From IMG/VR virus record IMGVR_UViG_3300046171_000197: 64,000 nt of DNA; one strand, given 5' to 3'. The stretch is from a virus. Below the pieces are notes generated by a model. It had not been told where the DNA came from. It ran no database searches and saw nothing but the letters and a program-made list of their open reading frames with translations. This document shows, one piece after another, positions 19,157 through 29,508 of the stretch; positions within the stretch are counted from its first letter, which is position 1; each line of letters begins with the position of its first letter. Position numbers and translations under genes: made by a program.

Positions 19157-20097
19157 TGAGTGATTTTATATGGGTTGAAAAATACAGACCCACTACAATT
19201 GATGAATGTATCTTACCAAAAGGTATTAAAAAAACCTTTCAAGATTTTGTTGAAAGAGGTGAGATCCCAAATATGTTATTGTCAGGTCCTCCAGGCATTG
19301 GTAAGACCACAGTAGCAAAAGCATTATGCTATCAACTAGGAGCAGATTATTATGTCATTAATGGATCGGATGAAGGACGTTTTCTTGACACGGTTCGGAA
19401 CAGTGCAAAGAACTTCGCATCTACAGTCTCTCTTACGAGTGACTCGAAACATAAAGTCATCATCATTGATGAAGCAGACAATACCACTTCCGACGTACAA
19501 CTCCTCCTTAGAGCGTCTATTGAGGAGTTCTCCAGAAACTGCAGGTTTATCTTTACCTGTAATTACAAAAACAAAATTATCGACCCTTTACATAGTAGGT
19601 GTTCTGTTGTTGATTTCTCAGTTAATAAAAAAGACAAACCAACAATAGCATCACAATTCTTCGCAAGATTAAATTCTATCCTAGAAGAAGAAAAAGTAGA
19701 GGCAGATAAGAAAGTTCTTGCAGAACTTATTAACAAACATTTTCCAGATTGGAGAAGAGTTCTTAATGAGTGTCAAAGATATGCAGTTAGTGGTAAAATA
19801 GATAGTGGCATACTTGCTGCATTCTCAGACGTTGCTGTAAATGATCTCATTAAAAATCTCAAACAAAAAAACTTCTCCGAGGTTCGGAAGTGGGTTGTTA
19901 CCAACATGGATAACGACACTTCTGTTTTATTGCGTCGTATTTACGATAGCTTATATGATTCCTTGGAGCATAGCAGCATACCTGCTGCTGTCCTTATTAT
20001 CGCAAAATATCAATACCAGATTGCGTTCGTCGCAGATCAAGAGATTAATCTTTTGGCGGCGTTAACAGAAATTATGGTGGAGTGTGAATTCAAATGA
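19156..20097 (+). CDS. gp44: Clamp loader large subunit gp44
   Basis: WVEKYRP, GPPGIGKT, IIDEAD, LHSRC. Confidence 0.96.
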   Translation: MSDFIWVEKYRPTTIDECILPKGIKKTFQDFVERGEIPNMLLSGPPGIGKTTVAKALCYQLGADYYVINGSDEGRFLDTVRNSAKNFASTVSLTSDSKHKVIIIDEADNTTSDVQLLLRASIEEFSRNCRFIFTCNYKNKIIDPLHSRCSVVDFSVNKKDKPTIASQFFARLNSILEEEKVEADKKVLAELINKHFPDWRRVLNECQRYAVSGKIDSGILAAFSDVAVNDLIKNLKQKNFSEVRKWVVTNMDNDTSVLLRRIYDSLYDSLEHSSIPAAVLIIAKYQYQIAFVADQEINLLAALTEIMVECEFK

Positions 20098-20378
20098 CTG
20101 TAAAATTAATTCGTATGTGGTCTGGTGAAGATGTAATCGCCGACATAGTTAAAGAAACTGCTGATGTATTGGTGATCACTGATCCAATCGTTGCTGTTCC
20201 TTCAAATCAACAAGGGCAAATTGCATTTGCACCTTGGTCTCCTTTAGTTAAAAAGGATAAACTTGAAATTGTAATGTCTTACATTGTATACATTGCAGAT
20301 CCTCAAGATGAAATTATTGAACAATATAATACAATGTTTAGTAAGATATCAAAACCTACTAAAAAATTAATTATTTAA
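20094..20378 (+). CDS. Conserved hypothetical protein (Sm-like)
   Basis: KLIRMWSGEDVIA...FAPW pattern. Confidence 0.65.
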   Translation: MTVKLIRMWSGEDVIADIVKETADVLVITDPIVAVPSNQQGQIAFAPWSPLVKKDKLEIVMSYIVYIADPQDEIIEQYNTMFSKISKPTKKLII

Positions 20379-20380
20379 TT

Positions 20381-20653
20381 ATGACTAAATCTTTTACAAA
20401 ACTAAAACATCAAGTGAAATCAAGTCGATACTACATCTTTTGGGGTGCTGCTACTATCGCAGTTATGGCAGGTCAAATTTATGTTGGTAACGGATATCGT
20501 GGTATGTCACAATCAATAAAAGATCTTACTGAAACGATTACAATCAAAATGGAATGGGATGAATTAAGAAGAGGTCGAGGTACAGGTTCCTATATTCCAA
20601 TGGTTGATCCTGATGATTATCTTATTTGGAAAACAATAGATAATGTCAATTAA
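20381..20653 (+). CDS. Hypothetical membrane protein
   Basis: Hydrophobic YYIFWGAATIAVMAGQIYV. Confidence 0.55.
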   Translation: MTKSFTKLKHQVKSSRYYIFWGAATIAVMAGQIYVGNGYRGMSQSIKDLTETITIKMEWDELRRGRGTGSYIPMVDPDDYLIWKTIDNVN

Positions 20654-21527
20654 ATCTCTTAAGACACCATTAAGATATCCTGGCGGAAAATCAAAAGCAA
20701 TCAAAACATTATCAAAATGGTACCCTAAAAATATATCAGAGTATCGTGAACCTTTTATAGGTGGTGGTTCAATTGCGATTGATATGACTAAATCTAATCC
20801 AGATATACCAATTTGGATTAATGATCTTTATGTACCTTTATATAATTTTTGGGTACAATTAAGAGATCGTGGTGATGAATTATCTGAGAGAGTTCGTGAA
20901 GAAAAACAAAATACCTTAGACGAAGGTAATAAAGATAAAATAACTGCGAGTGCAAAAGAATTGTTCAATAAGTACAAAGAAGAAATTGATACTTATGATG
21001 ACTTTGAAAAGGCAGTTGCATTCTTCATAATGAACAAATGTAGTTTTTCTGGTCTCACAGAGAATAGTACATTTTCACAAACAGCATCTAATTCTAATTT
21101 TTCATTAGTTGGTGCTGATAAGTTAAAAGAGTTTTCAAAGTTAATTCAACATTGGAAGATTACAAATATTGATTACTCAGAAGTTATGAGTGCAGATGGT
21201 TCTGATGATACATTTGTATTCCTTGATCCTCCATATGATATTAAAGATTTTTTATATGGTAAAAACAAAGAGATGCACAAATCATTTGATCATAATTTAT
21301 TTGCAGAGAATGTTTATAAATGCAAACATAATTTTATGATTACCTATAATGTAAATCATCGTTTGATGCAGATGTATGCAGAATATGAATTAAATTTTTG
21401 GAATCTTAGATATTCAATGGCACACAGAGGAGAAAAGGGAACTGAGGATAATGTCAAACAAGAATTATTAATAACTAACTATAACATAAATCCAGTAACA
21501 CCAATAGAAGAATTACTAACTACATGA
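20643..21527 (+). CDS. dam: DNA adenine methyltransferase (Dam/D12 class)
   Basis: LRYPGGKS, EPFIGGGS, FLDPPY, ELLITNY. Confidence 0.92.
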   Translation: MSIKSLKTPLRYPGGKSKAIKTLSKWYPKNISEYREPFIGGGSIAIDMTKSNPDIPIWINDLYVPLYNFWVQLRDRGDELSERVREEKQNTLDEGNKDKITASAKELFNKYKEEIDTYDDFEKAVAFFIMNKCSFSGLTENSTFSQTASNSNFSLVGADKLKEFSKLIQHWKITNIDYSEVMSADGSDDTFVFLDPPYDIKDFLYGKNKEMHKSFDHNLFAENVYKCKHNFMITYNVNHRLMQMYAEYELNFWNLRYSMAHRGEKGTEDNVKQELLITNYNINPVTPIEELLTT

Positions 21528-24259
21528 CAGAATTCATTCAAAGACATATCGGCATCACCGAAGCAGAACAGGCTCAAATGTTAAAGGATTTGGGTCTTTC
21601 TTCGTTAGACGAATTAGTAAGGCAAGTTGTACCAGATTCAATTTTACTTCGTGGAGATGATAATTTACCAGAACCCTGTAGTGAACAACAAGCACTTGAA
21701 GAGTTAAAAGAAATTTCTGAACATAATATTGTTAAAAGAACTCTTATAGGTCAAGGATATTATGGAACAATTACACCATCAGTAATTTTAAGAAATGTAT
21801 TTGAGAATCCATCTTGGTATACATCTTACACACCATATCAAGCAGAGATATCACAAGGAAGATTAGAAGCATTATTTAATTACCAAACACTAATTACAGA
21901 ACTCACTGGATTACCTGTAGCAAATGCATCATTGTTAGATGAAGGAACTGCAGCAGCAGAAGCAATGATACTTGCATATAGTCAATCTACTAGGAAAATG
22001 GTTTTAGTTGATAGTAAGATATTTCCACAAACTCTTGAAGTATTAAAAACAAGAGCAAAACCATTAGATATTGAAATTAAATTAATAGACTTAGATGAAG
22101 TCCCAGATCTAGGTGATGTATCATTATCATTTGGAATTATTGTTCAGATGCCAAATAATCATGGCAAGTTACGTCACCCTGACGGATTGTTAAGATGTGC
22201 AGAAGTTTATAAGTGTATGAAGATTGCAATTGTAGATCCTTTAGCACAAGTATTGATGCAACCTGTAGGTGAGTTAGGATTTGATATTGCAGTTGGTAGT
22301 ATGCAAAGGTTTGGAGTTCCTATGGGTTTTGGAGGACCTCATGCAGCATTCTTTGCAACCACTGAGAAATATAAACGTAAGATTCCTGGACGTATTGTAG
22401 GGCAGTCGGTAGATAGTCAAGGTAATAAAGCACTACGCTTAGCATTACAAACAAGGGAACAACACATAAGAAGAGACAAAGCAACATCCAATATATGCAC
22501 TGCTCAAGCACTTCTCGCAAATATGGCAGGTTTTTACGCTGCTTACCACGGTGCGGAAGGTCTGAAAAGAATAGCAAATAGAGTACTCCGATATAGACAA
22601 GTGTTATTACTAGCATTGAAATGGTGTGATGTTGAAGTTGATGAATCAGAGGGATTTGATACTGTTAGATTTAAAGGTAAAAAAACTTTAAAAGATTTTA
22701 ATGTAAGGTATGAAGATGGTTGGACTATTTTATCATTAGATGAATGTACAACTATAGAAGAGATTGCATTGATAGTACATTCTCAGTATCCTAATTTTCC
22801 TTTTGAAGTAACTGATATTATTAAAAAATATGAGTGGATGAGTATTCCTTTGAGAAAAAAACCTTGGTTAACTCAAGAAGTATTTAATAAGTATCAGAGT
22901 GAAACTAATATGATGAGATACATTTATGAGTTAGTATCGAAAGATTTCTCACTTGTGAATGGTATGATGCCACTTGGTAGTTGTACAATGAAACTCAATG
23001 CAGCATCAGAACTGATGCCAGTATCTTGGGCAGAGTTTTCAAATATGCATCCATTTGTGCCAGAAGATCAAACTATTGGATATCAAAGAATCATATTTGA
23101 TTTGAAAGAATGGTTATGTGATATAACAGGATTTGCTGACATTTCATTACAACCAAATGCAGGTTCACAAGGTGAGTATGCAGGTCTCCTTGCAATACAA
23201 GAATATCATAGAAGTCGTGGTGATAGCAATAGGAATGTATGCTTAATTCCCACAAGTGCACACGGAACTAATCCTGCATCAGCAGTGATGGCAGGTATGA
23301 AGATAGTTCCTGTCAATTGTGACGAAGATGGAAATATTGATATGGCAGACTTAGAGAAAAAGGCAATTATGAATACCTTTGAACTCTCTTGTATAATGAT
23401 TACATATCCTTCTACTCACGGTGTGTTTGAACCTACTATTAAAGATATTTGTAGAATCATACATGACAATGGTGGTCAGGTATATCTTGATGGTGCAAAT
23501 CTAAACGCACAGGTATGTCTTGCAAAACCTTGTGAGTATGGTGCTGATGTGTGTCATCTTAATTTACATAAAACATTCTGCATTCCTCATGGTGGTGGAG
23601 GACCTGGTGTAGGACCGATTGGTGTTGCGTCACATCTCACACCATTTATAAATCAAAGAGTATCAGCATCTGAATTTGGTAGTGCAAGTATACTACCTAT
23701 CAGTTGGATGTATATAAGAATGATGGGTGGAGAAGGATTAAGAAAGGCAAGTGAGATATCCTTGTTGTCAGCAAACTGGTTAGCGAATGAAATTGATCCA
23801 CACTTTAAAGTTTTATATAAAGCAGAGAATGGTCGTGTTGCACATGAATGTATTTTTGATTGTCGTACATTACCAGTTACAGCAGAAGATGTTGCGAAGA
23901 GATTGATGGATTATGGTTTTCATGCACCTACATTATCTTGGCCAGTTACAAATACGATGATGGTAGAACCAACTGAAAGTGAATCACTTGACGAACTTAA
24001 AAGATTTGTAAAGGCAATGGAGATGATACAAAGAGAAATTTATACTGATAAAAGTATCTTGAAAAACTCACCCCATACTGCAAAGGTTGTCAGTTCAGAC
24101 GAATGGGTGTATAATTATACCAGAGAACAGGCAGCATATCCTGTGAGTCAGAATAATAAGTTCTGGCCAGCAGTATCAAGAATTGATAATGTTTACGGTG
24201 ATCGTAATCTTGTATGCTCCTGTTCTACTTATTTTGATGATGTATCTGATGGAACTTAA
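21524..24259 (+). CDS. gcvP: Glycine dehydrogenase (glycine cleavage P protein)
   Basis: YTPYQAEISQGRLE, REQHIRRDKATSNICTAQAL, HLNLHKTF (PLP Lys), IPHGGGGPG, DNVYGDRNLVCSC. Confidence 0.97.
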   Translation: MTEFIQRHIGITEAEQAQMLKDLGLSSLDELVRQVVPDSILLRGDDNLPEPCSEQQALEELKEISEHNIVKRTLIGQGYYGTITPSVILRNVFENPSWYTSYTPYQAEISQGRLEALFNYQTLITELTGLPVANASLLDEGTAAAEAMILAYSQSTRKMVLVDSKIFPQTLEVLKTRAKPLDIEIKLIDLDEVPDLGDVSLSFGIIVQMPNNHGKLRHPDGLLRCAEVYKCMKIAIVDPLAQVLMQPVGELGFDIAVGSMQRFGVPMGFGGPHAAFFATTEKYKRKIPGRIVGQSVDSQGNKALRLALQTREQHIRRDKATSNICTAQALLANMAGFYAAYHGAEGLKRIANRVLRYRQVLLLALKWCDVEVDESEGFDTVRFKGKKTLKDFNVRYEDGWTILSLDECTTIEEIALIVHSQYPNFPFEVTDIIKKYEWMSIPLRKKPWLTQEVFNKYQSETNMMRYIYELVSKDFSLVNGMMPLGSCTMKLNAASELMPVSWAEFSNMHPFVPEDQTIGYQRIIFDLKEWLCDITGFADISLQPNAGSQGEYAGLLAIQEYHRSRGDSNRNVCLIPTSAHGTNPASAVMAGMKIVPVNCDEDGNIDMADLEKKAIMNTFELSCIMITYPSTHGVFEPTIKDICRIIHDNGGQVYLDGANLNAQVCLAKPCEYGADVCHLNLHKTFCIPHGGGGPGVGPIGVASHLTPFINQRVSASEFGSASILPISWMYIRMMGGEGLRKASEISLLSANWLANEIDPHFKVLYKAENGRVAHECIFDCRTLPVTAEDVAKRLMDYGFHAPTLSWPVTNTMMVEPTESESLDELKRFVKAMEMIQREIYTDKSILKNSPHTAKVVSSDEWVYNYTREQAAYPVSQNNKFWPAVSRIDNVYGDRNLVCSCSTYFDDVSDGT

Positions 24260-24629
24260 AGATTGGTTAAACTCTATAAACTTAACAAAAAAGAATTTAA
24301 TTGATGAAGATCCATCTATTGAAAAAGACTATCCTCCTTACATAATTAACCGTTGTTTCTCAGGACACCTAGATGCAATTATGTTTGCAAATGAGATGAA
24401 TATGTCTTCTTTTTTACCAAAGAAGATGCAATATGACTTTTTTATAAATATCCTCAGAACTAAGAAGAGATTCTCTCCTTGGCTCCGCAAAGATACGATT
24501 AAAGATATTGATTATGTAAAACGTTACTATGGTTATAGTAATGAAAAAGCAAAGCAAACGTTGACAATTTTAACTAAAGAACAACTTGCTTTCATTAAAT
24601 CGAAGTTTGAAACTGGAGGAACAAAATGA
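24249..24629 (+). CDS. gp62: Clamp loader small subunit gp62
   Basis: MELKDWLNSIN, YPPYIINRC, ANEMN, YYGYSNEKA; precedes regA. Confidence 0.92.
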   Translation: MELKDWLNSINLTKKNLIDEDPSIEKDYPPYIINRCFSGHLDAIMFANEMNMSSFLPKKMQYDFFINILRTKKRFSPWLRKDTIKDIDYVKRYYGYSNEKAKQTLTILTKEQLAFIKSKFETGGTK

Positions 24630-25075
24630 GTGTGGTACAAGTACCAGAGGTGAAATGGGCGCCTGATAGAATGGTCGAGGTGGTCTTGGGTGAACCAGAC
24701 GATTTTTTAAAAGTTCGTGAGACACTAACTCGTATTGGAGTTGCATCGAGAAAAGAGAAAAAGATATATCAATCATGTCATATACTTCATAAGCAGGGAA
24801 GGTATTATCTTGTCCACTTTAAAGAACTTTTTGCTCTTGACGGGAAACACGCTAACCTTACTATTAATGATGTTCAGCGTCGGAATCGTATTGCTCAACT
24901 TCTTGCTGATTGGGGTCTAATAAGTATTGTAAATGTAGAAACAATACAAGACATTGCACCTTTAAATCAAATTAAAGTATTAGCATACAAAGATAAGGGT
25001 GATTGGATATTAGAAACAAAGTATAATATTGGTAGTAAAAAGAAGAAGGTAGAAGAGAAAGAAGAAAAAGAGTAA
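24626..25075 (+). CDS. regA: Translational repressor RegA
   Basis: DDFLKVRETLTRIG, QSCHILHKQGRYYLVHFKE. Confidence 0.96.
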   Translation: MSVVQVPEVKWAPDRMVEVVLGEPDDFLKVRETLTRIGVASRKEKKIYQSCHILHKQGRYYLVHFKELFALDGKHANLTINDVQRRNRIAQLLADWGLISIVNVETIQDIAPLNQIKVLAYKDKGDWILETKYNIGSKKKKVEEKEEKE

Positions 25076-25096
25076 TTTTACTTTAAACTATTTGTA

Positions 25097-25825
25097 ATGA
25101 AAAAATTTATTTTTGATGTTGACGGGACATTAACACCAAGTCGCAAACAAATGCACTCAGGATTCTCTGCAGAGTTTCTTATATTTTGTTGTAAGTTTGA
25201 TACTTACTTAGTAACAGGAAGTGATAAAGATAAAACTATCGAACAGGTTGGATCAGATATTTACAATCGATGTAAGAGAGTATTTAATTGTTCTGGATCA
25301 GATATTTACGATGGGAGAAATAGTGTTTATAGATCAACTTGGAAACCATCTGATGAGTTAATATCTTTTTTAAATGATGAGTTAGACAATAGCACTTTTC
25401 CAACAAGAACAGGTAATCATATTGAACATAGACCTGGTGGAATAAACTTTAGTATTCTTGGTAGAGGTGAAGGTAATATGGAAGGAAGAGATGAATATGT
25501 AAAATGGGATATTAATACTACTGAAAGAATATTAATTGCAGATCGAATTAAATCACAGTTCCCTGATTTAAATGTACAGATAGGAGGACAGACAGGACTT
25601 GATATATCTGATAGTGATAAGAGTCAAATAATTAAATATTTTAATTTTGATGATGATCTTCACTTCTTTGGTGATATGATGGAAGAGGGTCAGAATGATT
25701 ATCCTTTAGCAGAAGCAGTAAAGGAGAGGCTCGGTAAAACGTACCATGTTAAAGATTGGGAAGAAACCCGAACGTTGGTTAGTCGGTTCTCCTCTACCTT
25801 TGCAACTGGTTTAAAGTATAATTAG
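25097..25825 (+). CDS. HAD-IIB phosphomannomutase-like protein
   Basis: FDVDGTLT, VTGSD, HIEHRPGGINFSILGR, IGGQTGLDI, FFGD...GQNDY. Confidence 0.85.
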   Translation: MKKFIFDVDGTLTPSRKQMHSGFSAEFLIFCCKFDTYLVTGSDKDKTIEQVGSDIYNRCKRVFNCSGSDIYDGRNSVYRSTWKPSDELISFLNDELDNSTFPTRTGNHIEHRPGGINFSILGRGEGNMEGRDEYVKWDINTTERILIADRIKSQFPDLNVQIGGQTGLDISDSDKSQIIKYFNFDDDLHFFGDMMEEGQNDYPLAEAVKERLGKTYHVKDWEETRTLVSRFSSTFATGLKYN

Positions 25826-25829
25826 TATT

Positions 25830-25882
25830 GAATGCCGAAAGGGTTCACATTTTATACTCGCTTTTAAAGGAGAACTATTATG
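25830..25882 (+). promoter_or_regulatory. hsp20 5' leader with ROSE-like SD-sequestering hairpin
   Basis: TATAAT at 25817; GAATGCC-GAAA-GGGTTC hairpin; CTCGCTT-TTA-AAGGAG pairs the SD with a bulged G. Confidence 0.6.
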
Positions 25883-26317
25883 ACTGCGCTACAACGCTAT
25901 CACTCTGCTAATCTTCCAGAACTAATGAAGATTATTTCTAAGAATGGGATAGGAATGGACGATTATTTAGATCGTTTCTTTAACAATTCTTATGAAACCA
26001 CAACAAACTATCCACCTTACAATCTTATTCATGTAAATAATGTTGAGTCTGTACTAGAGATTGCTCTTGCAGGATTCAGTAAAAAAGAGTTAAAGGTTTA
26101 CACTGAATATGGAAAACTTATTATCGAAGGACAAAAAGAAACTAAGGAGACAGAATCCGAGTATGTCCATCAAGGACTGGCTCAGAGATCTTTCACAAGA
26201 GAATGGACACTCTCAGATGATGTTAAAATCAGGGATGTCCAATTTAAAGACGGACTTCTTACCGTCAACTTGGGTAAAATAGTTCCAGAGTATCACACTC
26301 GAAAAGACTATCTTTAA
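25880..26317 (+). CDS. hsp20: Small heat-shock protein Hsp20
   Basis: NYPPYNL, EIALAGF, HQGLAQRSFTREWTL, DGLL. Confidence 0.95.
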   Translation: MTALQRYHSANLPELMKIISKNGIGMDDYLDRFFNNSYETTTNYPPYNLIHVNNVESVLEIALAGFSKKELKVYTEYGKLIIEGQKETKETESEYVHQGLAQRSFTREWTLSDDVKIRDVQFKDGLLTVNLGKIVPEYHTRKDYL

Positions 26318-26326
26318 ATAAATTAT

Positions 26327-26363
26327 AAAGGGATCTTGACGATCCCTTTTTTTATGCTATAAT
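26327..26363 (+). terminator. hsp20 terminator overlapping a sigma70-like promoter
   Basis: aaagggatc-TTGAC-gatcccttt + T run; loop provides TTGACG(26336), 16 nt, TGcTATAAT(26358). Confidence 0.8.
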
Positions 26364-26369
26364 ATAAAT

Positions 26370-26440
26370 GCCAGAGAAATACTGGCTGCGGTGATCCCCT
26401 TTGGTAGGTTCAGGATTAGCGGCGATAGGAATCTACCAAA
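26370..26440 (+). ncRNA. Candidate structured RNA (hairpin + pseudoknot), family unassigned
   Basis: GCCAG/CTGGC hairpin; GCTGC(GG)TGATCC pairs GGATTAGCGGC; TTTGGTAGGTTC pairs GAATCTACCAAA; GC-rich island starting at predicted +1. Confidence 0.6.
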
Positions 26441-26456
26441 TTAATTATATTTTATT

Positions 26457-26774
26457 ATGGCTATCAAACTAGCAGTCTTGCAAGAACAAGAGCAAGTTAT
26501 TGCAGAAATAAAAGAATTAGTAGACGACGGTAAACCAATTGGATATTTGTTTGCTAATGCTCATCGTGTTTTGACTGAAAAGCAATTTCTTGCAGAAAGT
26601 GATGACGATAGAAAAATTCAAATTACTTTATCTCCTTGGATTTTGTTATCGGCAGATAAAGAAATATTAGTACCAAGACATCAAGTAGTGACCATTGTGG
26701 AACCTATAGATAGTCTTAAAGAAATGTATCTGGAGAAAATAAATGGAAGTGAGAGTTCTAGCATTAGTGAATAA
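26457..26774 (+). CDS. Conserved cyanophage hypothetical protein (Sm-like)
   Basis: LSPWILLS...VVTIVEP; usual position between hsp20 and gp43. Confidence 0.7.
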   Translation: MAIKLAVLQEQEQVIAEIKELVDDGKPIGYLFANAHRVLTEKQFLAESDDDRKIQITLSPWILLSADKEILVPRHQVVTIVEPIDSLKEMYLEKINGSESSSISE

Positions 26775-27009
26775 TCACTACTTAATTAGTCAGTTGGATG
26801 AAGTTGCATCTGCTGATATTGGAGAACCTGATTGTAAACTTGTAAAACCTTTTATAGTTAATACAGAATCTGGTAAAACTATTCTTGAACCTTTTATGTT
26901 GGATCTCACAAGAGAGGATATTTTTATGATGGGATCTGACAAAATCTTGACATTAGCGGTGCCAACACCTACACTATTAGAACAATATTTAAAATTGATT
27001 AAAGAATGA
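26743..27009 (+). CDS. Conserved cyanophage hypothetical protein
   Basis: ADIGEPDCKLVKP and SDKILTL motifs. Confidence 0.7.
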   Translation: MEVRVLALVNNHYLISQLDEVASADIGEPDCKLVKPFIVNTESGKTILEPFMLDLTREDIFMMGSDKILTLAVPTPTLLEQYLKLIKE

Positions 27010-29508
27010 GGTTTTACACCAACGTTCAAATGGTTGGAGATAACTTCTTGGTTCGAGGTTATGAAGATGGTAAACACTTCATGACTCGTGAGAAGTTTTA
27101 TCCAACTCTTTTTGTCAACTCTAAAAGAAAGAGTAAGTACAAAACATTGACAGGTCAAGCAGTTGAACCTGTTAAACCTGGTACTGTGCGTGATTGTCGG
27201 GAGTTTATTAAAGGGTATAGTGAAGTTGAAAACTTTGATATTTACGGGAATGAAAGATTTATATACCAATATATTTCTGATAAGTATTCAGAGAATGAAG
27301 TTAAGTTTGATATTGAAAAGATAAAGTTAGTGACTCTTGATATTGAGGTAAAGTCTGAGAATGGTTTCCCTGATGTAGAATCTGCTGCTGAAGAAATACT
27401 ACTCATATCAATACAGGATTATACAACAAAACAGATCCATACTTGGGGTCTAGGTGAATTTAATAATAAACAAAAGAATGTAATTTACAAGTCATTCAGT
27501 ACAGAGTATGATCTTCTAAATGCATTCATTAATTGGTGGATGATAGAGAGTAATACACCAGAAGTTATTACAGGTTGGAACAGTAAGTTATATGATATAC
27601 CATATGTTTGTCGTAGACTCGAAAGAGTTCTTGGTTCTAAGTTGATGAAACGTATGTCACCTTGGGGTTTAGTGACTGAATGCGAAACTCATATTATGGG
27701 TCGTAGACATATCTCATATGATATTGGTGGTGTATCGCAGTTAGATTATCTTGACTTGTATAAGAAGTTTACTTACAAAGCGCAAGAGTCATATCGTTTG
27801 GATTACATTGCAAGTGTTGAACTTGGTCAAAAGAAATTAGACCACTCAGAGTTTGATACGTTTAAGGACTTCTATACAAATGGTTGGCAGAAGTTTGTAG
27901 AATATAACATCATTGACGTTGAACTTGTTGATCGTATGGAAGACAAGATGAAACTGATTGAGTTGGCATTGACGATGGCATATGATGCGAAGGTCAACTA
28001 TGAAGATGTATTCTATCAGGTAAGAATGTGGGATACAATTATCTACAATTATCTTAAGAGAAGAAATATTGTTATACCCCCAAAAGAAAGATCTGATAAA
28101 TCTGATAAGTATGCAGGTGCATATGTAAAGGAACCAATACCTGGCAAGTATGATTGGGTGGTTTCTTTTGACTTGAATAGTCTATATCCACATTTGATTA
28201 TGCAGTATAATATTTCACCAGAAACTTTACTTGAAACAAAACATCCAACAGTTACAGTTGATAAAATTCTCAATGAAGAATTGACATTTGAGATGTATCA
28301 AGACAATGCTGTTTGTGCAAATGGTGCGATGTATCGTAAAGATGTTCGTGGTTTCTTACCAGAACTTATGGAGAAGATGTATAACGAAAGAGTCATCTTC
28401 AAAAAGAGAATGATCAAAGCAAAGAAAGAATATGAAAAGACTAAAACAAAAGATCTTGAAAAAGAAATTGCCCGTTGTAATAATATCCAGATGGCTAAAA
28501 AGATTTCTCTTAACTCTGCCTATGGTGCAATTGGTAATCAATACTTCCGATATTATAAATTAGCAAATGCAGAAGCAATTACCTTATCGGGACAGGTTTC
28601 TATTCGTTGGATAGAAAACAAAATGAATGCATATCTAAACAAAATTTTAAAAACGGAGAATACTGATTATGTTATTGCCAGTGATACTGATTCTATCTAC
28701 CTTAATCTTGGTCCTTTGGTGGAGGTCATATACAAAGATCGAGAGAAGGATGGTGCGAGCATTTGTTCGTTCCTTAATAAGATCTGTGAGATGGAATTTG
28801 AAAAATATATTACGGGTTCTTATGAAACGTTGGCGAAGTACGTAAATGCTTATGATCAGAAGATGTTTATGAAAAGAGAGAACATCGCAGATCGTGGTAT
28901 ATGGACAGCAAAGAAAAGATATATTTTAAATGTCTGGGATAGTGAAGGAGTTAGATATGAGGAACCTAATCTTAAGATGATGGGTATTGAGGCAGTTAAG
29001 TCATCAACTCCTGCACCTTGTCGCACCATGATTAAGAATGGTCTCAAGATCATGATGAATGGAACTGAGGAAGAAGTCATTGATTATATTGATGATTGTC
29101 GCACAAAGTTTAGAAAACTTCCACCAGAAGAAATTGCATTTCCTCGCACAGCATCTAATGTTCAGAAGTATAAAGCATCTTCTACAATCTATGCAAAAGG
29201 AACTCCAATACATGTTCGGGGTGCATTATTATTCAATCATTATATAAAGCAGAAGAAGTTGGATAATAAATATTCACTTATTGGTAATGGAGAGAAAGTT
29301 AAAGTTTCTTTATTTGAAAAAACCAAATATTATACAAGAGAATGTAATTTCTTTCATTCAAGACTTTCCAACTGAAATTGGACTTGACAAGTATATAGAT
29401 TATGATCTACAATTTGAGAAGAGTTTTGTTGAACCAATCAAAGCAATTCTTGATGCGATTGGTTGGAATGTTGAAAAAACTGTAAACCTAGAATTATTTT
29501 TTACCTAA
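27006..29508 (+). CDS. gp43: Family B DNA polymerase gp43 (apparent +1 indel near 29302)
   Basis: DIE exonuclease, SFDLNSLYP, KISLNSAYG, DTDS, KKRY; KFLYLKKPN...LELFF C-terminus in shifted frame. Confidence 0.97.

Noticed and set aside
26370-26440. Assigning the pseudoknot RNA as an HDV-like ribozyme or SAM-II/V riboswitch
   Set aside because: It lacks the nested P3/L3 and P4 elements of HDV-like ribozymes and the conserved SAM-II/V nucleotides, so it is left unassigned
29280-29375. Split gp43 as a two-subunit polymerase
   Set aside because: One extra A (gttaaagttt) explains it; same error type recurs across the window
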